64,000 nucleotides of DNA from an uncultured Bacteroidales bacterium (GTDB taxonomy: Bacteria > Bacteroidota > Bacteroidia > Bacteroidales > VadinHA17): positions 198,051 through 262,050 of the forward strand of contig CAWBNA010000019.1 of the NCBI GenBank assembly GCA_963789985.1. The letters run 5' to 3'. Shown here piece by piece: positions 60,058 through 64,000 of the stretch (positions are counted from its first letter, which is position 1; each line of letters opens with the position of its first letter). The notes beneath the pieces are model-generated. The model was given only the letters and a program-made list of their open reading frames with translations. It had not been told where the DNA came from and ran no database searches. The translations under genes and the position numbers were made by a program.

Positions 60058-61173
60058 ATGAATCACCTGCTGGGAAACCTGAGAAACCTTCCGGGTTGGC
60101 GAAGTGATAAAAAATTTGTGGTCTTTGAATCAGACGATTGGGGCAGCATCAGAATGCCTTCTTTATCGTCTTTTGAAAAGCTGAAAAACTCAGGACTTGA
60201 TCTCAGCGGGTCTGATGCTGAACGGTATAATCTTAATGATACATTGGCGACAAGCGCTGATCTTGAATATTTATTTGATCTCATGAGCAATTTTAAAGAC
60301 TGTAACGGAAACCATCCTGTTTTTACTGCTGTCAGTGTTGTAGCCAATCCTGATTTTGAAAAGATAAAGGAGACTGATTTTTCAAGGTATTTTTGGGAAC
60401 CTTTTACTGAGACTCTTAAAAAGTATCATGGATGTGAGAATTCATTTGAACTATGGAAAAAAGGCATCGAGGAAAGATTTTTTGTTCCGCAGTTCCATGG
60501 ACGTGAGCACCTCAATGTCCTTGCATGGATGAGGGCTTTGCAAAATGGTGACAGACAAACACATCTTGCTTTTAATGAAGGTTTATGGGGATTTGTTCCT
60601 GACAGCAAGCTGAATCCGGGAATTGATTATCAATCTGCATTTTTATTATCTGATCCGGCTGATATAGATTATCAGAAAGAAGTTATAATTGAAGGCCTTG
60701 AACTTTTCGAAAAGCTCTTTGGCTACAAAGCTGAGTATTTTGTTCCTCCAAATGGATTTATTAATAACCAGCTTAACAATATACTTGCTGAAAGTGGCAT
60801 TAAATTAAGATCAACAGCCAAATTGCAACGGGAATCGTTGGGCGGAGGAAAGATAAAGAAATCATTTCACTGGCTGGGGCAAAAGGACAAAAGTGGATTA
60901 TTGTATGTCTCCCGGAACTGCTTTTTTGAGCCAAGTCAATCCGGTAAAGACTGGGTGAACGAATGCCTGTATGAAATTTCTACAGCTTTCCGCTGGCATA
61001 AACCTGCAATAATCAGCACACATAGAGTTAATTACATTGGATCCTTAAATCCGTTAAATCGCAGTGAGAGCCTTAAACAACTACGATTGCTTCTGAAATC
61101 TATTAAGTCTTGCTGGCCGGAAGCTTTATATATTACAACTGATCAACTTAGTGATAAGATAAATAATAACTGA
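60058..61173 (+). CDS. Polysaccharide deacetylase-like (NodB-fold) protein
   Basis: FESDDWG, QFHGREH, FVPP, STHRVNY. ATG at 60058 (TTG at 60034 is possible). Confidence 0.75.
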   Translation: MNHLLGNLRNLPGWRSDKKFVVFESDDWGSIRMPSLSSFEKLKNSGLDLSGSDAERYNLNDTLATSADLEYLFDLMSNFKDCNGNHPVFTAVSVVANPDFEKIKETDFSRYFWEPFTETLKKYHGCENSFELWKKGIEERFFVPQFHGREHLNVLAWMRALQNGDRQTHLAFNEGLWGFVPDSKLNPGIDYQSAFLLSDPADIDYQKEVIIEGLELFEKLFGYKAEYFVPPNGFINNQLNNILAESGIKLRSTAKLQRESLGGGKIKKSFHWLGQKDKSGLLYVSRNCFFEPSQSGKDWVNECLYEISTAFRWHKPAIISTHRVNYIGSLNPLNRSESLKQLRLLLKSIKSCWPEALYITTDQLSDKINNN

Positions 61174-61236
61174 TTTATCAATTCCGGATTTTTTTAATCC
61201 TATTATGGTTATTCATTCTTATCGTTTCAAGTTTCT

Positions 61237-62568
61237 ATGAAACCTTTTATCAATTTAATAATCATTCCTGAGTCAAATAGTGAAAATCGCTGTGGAAAAT
61301 TTAAAAATATTTATTTCGATTCACATTACTTGTCCACGACCGTTAAGAGTTTATTATCCTCTGGTCTTGATAATGAAAAAGTCAAGGGGAAAAAGGTTTT
61401 GATTAAGCCTAACTGGGTAATACATAGTGTTTACAAGGATGATGATTTTTGCCTTCGGACACACGACAATTTCCTTAAAGCTGCCTTGAGAAATATTCTG
61501 GAAATGGGTCCTTCAGAGGTATTGATCGGGGATGCTCCAATCCAGGGCGCAGACTGGACAAAAATAATTTCAAAAACATTTTTGGAGGAAGTCAGCAAGC
61601 TATCGGAAGAATTCAGGATACCCGTTCAAATAATGGATTTCAGGCGAAGAATATACAACACAAAGGATCATAAACCGTCTGCAACAAACAGAACAATCTC
61701 AGATAATCTGATTTTTGATCTTGGAAAAGAGAGCTTTCTTGAGCCAATTACAATACCGGGTAAAACGACTTTCAGGGTAACTGACTATAATCCGGATCAA
61801 ATTTCAGCTGTTCATTCGCAAGGTGTCCATAAATATTGCATTGTTAAGGAATTTTTCGAGTCGGATATAATATTATCATTGCCTAAGATAAAAACACATC
61901 AAAAAACCTGTATTACAGGGGCTTTAAAAAACATTGTAGGAATAAACGGTGAAAAAGGTTACCTGCCTCATCATAGGATCGGGGGCACCGGAAAGGGTGG
62001 AGATTGCTACCCTGGCGGTTCGTTACTTAGATATTGGTCAGAATTGACGCTGGACGAAGCTAATCGCAGACAGGGAGAAAAAATATTCTGGTTTTGGCAG
62101 AAACTCTCCTCCTTATTATGGATTATTTCATTCCCCGGGCCAGAGCACCAGATTTCAGCTGGTTGGTACGGTAATGATACGACCTGGAGAATGGTTATGG
62201 ATTTAAACAGGATAGCCTTATTTGGCAATGAAGACGGTAAAATTTCTGACAAACCGCAACGTCAGATTTTCAGCTTATGTGATGGTATAATTGCCGGGCA
62301 GGGTGATGGTCCTTTAAATCCAATTCCACTGCCACTCGGCGTAATATCATTTGCAAATAATTCCTATTTAAATGATTATGCTTTGGCATTGCTCATGAAT
62401 CTTGCAGTTGATAAGATCCCATTACTGAATAACCCGGTAATAAACAGTATATCAGATTATGATATGACACTTAACGGGATAAAGATTCTACCGGAAGAGT
62501 TGAAGAACTATTCAGTAAATACGATACTGCCTAAAGGCTGGAGATGCTACCAGGACAGGACAATATAA
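61237..62568 (+). CDS. DUF362 domain protein
   Basis: VLIKPNWV, IGDAP, LPKIKTHQK, TGALKNIVG, DGIIAGQGDGP. Confidence 0.85.
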   Translation: MKPFINLIIIPESNSENRCGKFKNIYFDSHYLSTTVKSLLSSGLDNEKVKGKKVLIKPNWVIHSVYKDDDFCLRTHDNFLKAALRNILEMGPSEVLIGDAPIQGADWTKIISKTFLEEVSKLSEEFRIPVQIMDFRRRIYNTKDHKPSATNRTISDNLIFDLGKESFLEPITIPGKTTFRVTDYNPDQISAVHSQGVHKYCIVKEFFESDIILSLPKIKTHQKTCITGALKNIVGINGEKGYLPHHRIGGTGKGGDCYPGGSLLRYWSELTLDEANRRQGEKIFWFWQKLSSLLWIISFPGPEHQISAGWYGNDTTWRMVMDLNRIALFGNEDGKISDKPQRQIFSLCDGIIAGQGDGPLNPIPLPLGVISFANNSYLNDYALALLMNLAVDKIPLLNNPVINSISDYDMTLNGIKILPEELKNYSVNTILPKGWRCYQDRTI

Positions 62569-63587
62569 AAATAGGAATCCATCCTGTAAAGGGTTCATTC
62601 AGTGAACGCTGGATTGATTACTGTAAAGCGAATGACATTAAGTGGAAATACGTCAATTGTCTGGAAGATGATATTATCAGGCAACTTTCAGATTGCAGTG
62701 CATTAATGTGGCATTTTTCACAGAACAACCCAAGAGCCAGCCTGATAGCAAAACAATTGATTTGTTCTGTTGAAGCTTCAGGTAAAAAAGTGTTTCCTGA
62801 TGTAAACACCTGCTGGCATTTTGATGACAAGGTCGGACAAAAATATTTATTTGAGGCCATTAATGCTCCAATGCCGGATACACATATTTTTTATAATAAA
62901 AAAGAAGCTCTGAACTGGATAAAATTGACTGATTTTCCCAAAGTCTTTAAACTCAGGTGTGGGGCCAGTTCTCAGAATGTCAGACTGGTGAGATCAAAAC
63001 GAACTGCAAAAAAAATGGTCCGGAAGGCATTTGGGCGAGGATTCCATGTTTATGATCCTTTGGATAATCTTAAAGATCGCTGGAGGCTATACCGGATGCG
63101 AAAAACGAATCTTCTGGATCCTGTTAAGGGGCTGATCAGATTTGTATTACCACCACAATACGCCAGAATTAAAGGACCAGAGAAAGGATATATTTATTTT
63201 CAGGAGTTTGTTCCGGACAACGATCATGATGTCAGAGTGATCGTCATCGGGAATAAAGCTTTTGCCATAAAAAGAATGGTCAGGGCCAATGATTTCAGAG
63301 CTTCGGGAAGCGGACAGATCCTTTATGATCGATGCCTTTTTGACGAAGGAATAATAAGGTTATCATTTGATCTTGCAAGAAAGCTAAAAAGTCAATGCTC
63401 AGCTTTTGATTACGTATGCTATTGCGGCAGACCGCTGGTCGTAGAAGTAAGTTACGGTTTTTTACCTGAAAAGTATGAGCAATGTCCCGGATTCTGGGAC
63501 AGAGAAATGAACTGGCATGAAGGAAAATTTAATCCATACGGTTGGATGATAGAAGACTTAATCAGTAATATCAGTACGGCTCAATGA
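62544..63587 (+). CDS. RimK-like ATP-grasp ligase
   Basis: FDDKVGQ, PKVFKLRCGASSQNV, YFQEFVP, DVRVIVIG, DFRASGSG, VEVS. Confidence 0.85.
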   Translation: MLPGQDNIKIGIHPVKGSFSERWIDYCKANDIKWKYVNCLEDDIIRQLSDCSALMWHFSQNNPRASLIAKQLICSVEASGKKVFPDVNTCWHFDDKVGQKYLFEAINAPMPDTHIFYNKKEALNWIKLTDFPKVFKLRCGASSQNVRLVRSKRTAKKMVRKAFGRGFHVYDPLDNLKDRWRLYRMRKTNLLDPVKGLIRFVLPPQYARIKGPEKGYIYFQEFVPDNDHDVRVIVIGNKAFAIKRMVRANDFRASGSGQILYDRCLFDEGIIRLSFDLARKLKSQCSAFDYVCYCGRPLVVEVSYGFLPEKYEQCPGFWDREMNWHEGKFNPYGWMIEDLISNISTAQ

Positions 63588-63643
63588 CCGGTCATTGCTT
63601 TTGGTGGATGGTTTTCTGATTTTACAGACCAAATTTTATTAGG

Positions 63644-64000
63644 GTGTCGACAAAGAAGTTATGTTTGGCTATTGAATCACTTCAGGCTGGAGGTGCTGAG
63701 AGGGTAATGTCTGAACTTGCAGTTTTCTTTTGCAGGAGGAATGAACTTGAAGTGCATTTGATCATATATGGGAAAAGGCCGGATATTTTTTATAAGCTGC
63801 CGGATAATATTATTATCCACAAACCAGAATCTGCATTTGTAAACGGCTTGCGGTATATCTATGCTATCGGAAGAGGCATTTTTTTAAGACAAACAATAAA
63901 AAAAATCAAACCTGATTCCATTCTCAGCTTCGGTGAATACTGGAATAGTTTTGTACTTCTAGCGCTAATTGGACTCAGTTTCCCTGTTTATATTTCAGAC
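63644..64000 (+). CDS. GT4-family glycosyltransferase, 3'-truncated by the window end (not in the ORF track)
   Basis: GTG 63644 reads (M)STKKLCLAIESLQAGGAERVMSELA..., with KPDSILSFG near the edge. The frame stays open to 64000. Confidence 0.8.
   Translation, partial: MSTKKLCLAIESLQAGGAERVMSELAVFFCRRNELEVHLIIYGKRPDIFYKLPDNIIIHKPESAFVNGLRYIYAIGRGIFLRQTIKKIKPDSILSFGEYWNSFVLLALIGLSFPVYISD

Overview
This 64 kb window looks like a Bacteroidota (Bacteroidales-like) chromosome segment: SusC/SusD pair, a T9SS cargo protein, TAnnTTTG promoter boxes, and DUF4831 next to nnr. 1-21.7 kb is a sugar-utilisation region with no recognisable glycoside hydrolase. It holds NagB-like and PfkB genes, SusC/SusD, three tandem ~1100-aa FG-GAP/VCBS + ASPIC/UnbV lipoproteins, and a DUF1080-Gfo/Idh/MocA-DUF1080 (3-ketoglycoside-type) module. 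21.7-51 kb is mostly housekeeping: a Kgp-like C25 peptidase, a thrA-thrC-thrH operon without thrB, POT/MFS/PiT transporters, nnr, pepD, a biotin-dependent acyl-CoA carboxylase, and a SIS/sugar-MFS (frameshifted)/NahK-like operon. 51.7-64 kb is the start of a Wzy-dependent polysaccharide locus with a deacetylase-DUF362-ATP-grasp tailoring module. Non-coding signals: a perfect 28-bp GTAG-type palindrome plus a related hairpin, an 8-bp tandem repeat, four GACNAA boxes at an exact 21-bp period upstream of the polysaccharide locus, and a perfect hairpin in the thrA leader. I saw no rRNA, tRNA, CRISPR array or transposase. All family calls come from motif recognition by eye, not database searches.
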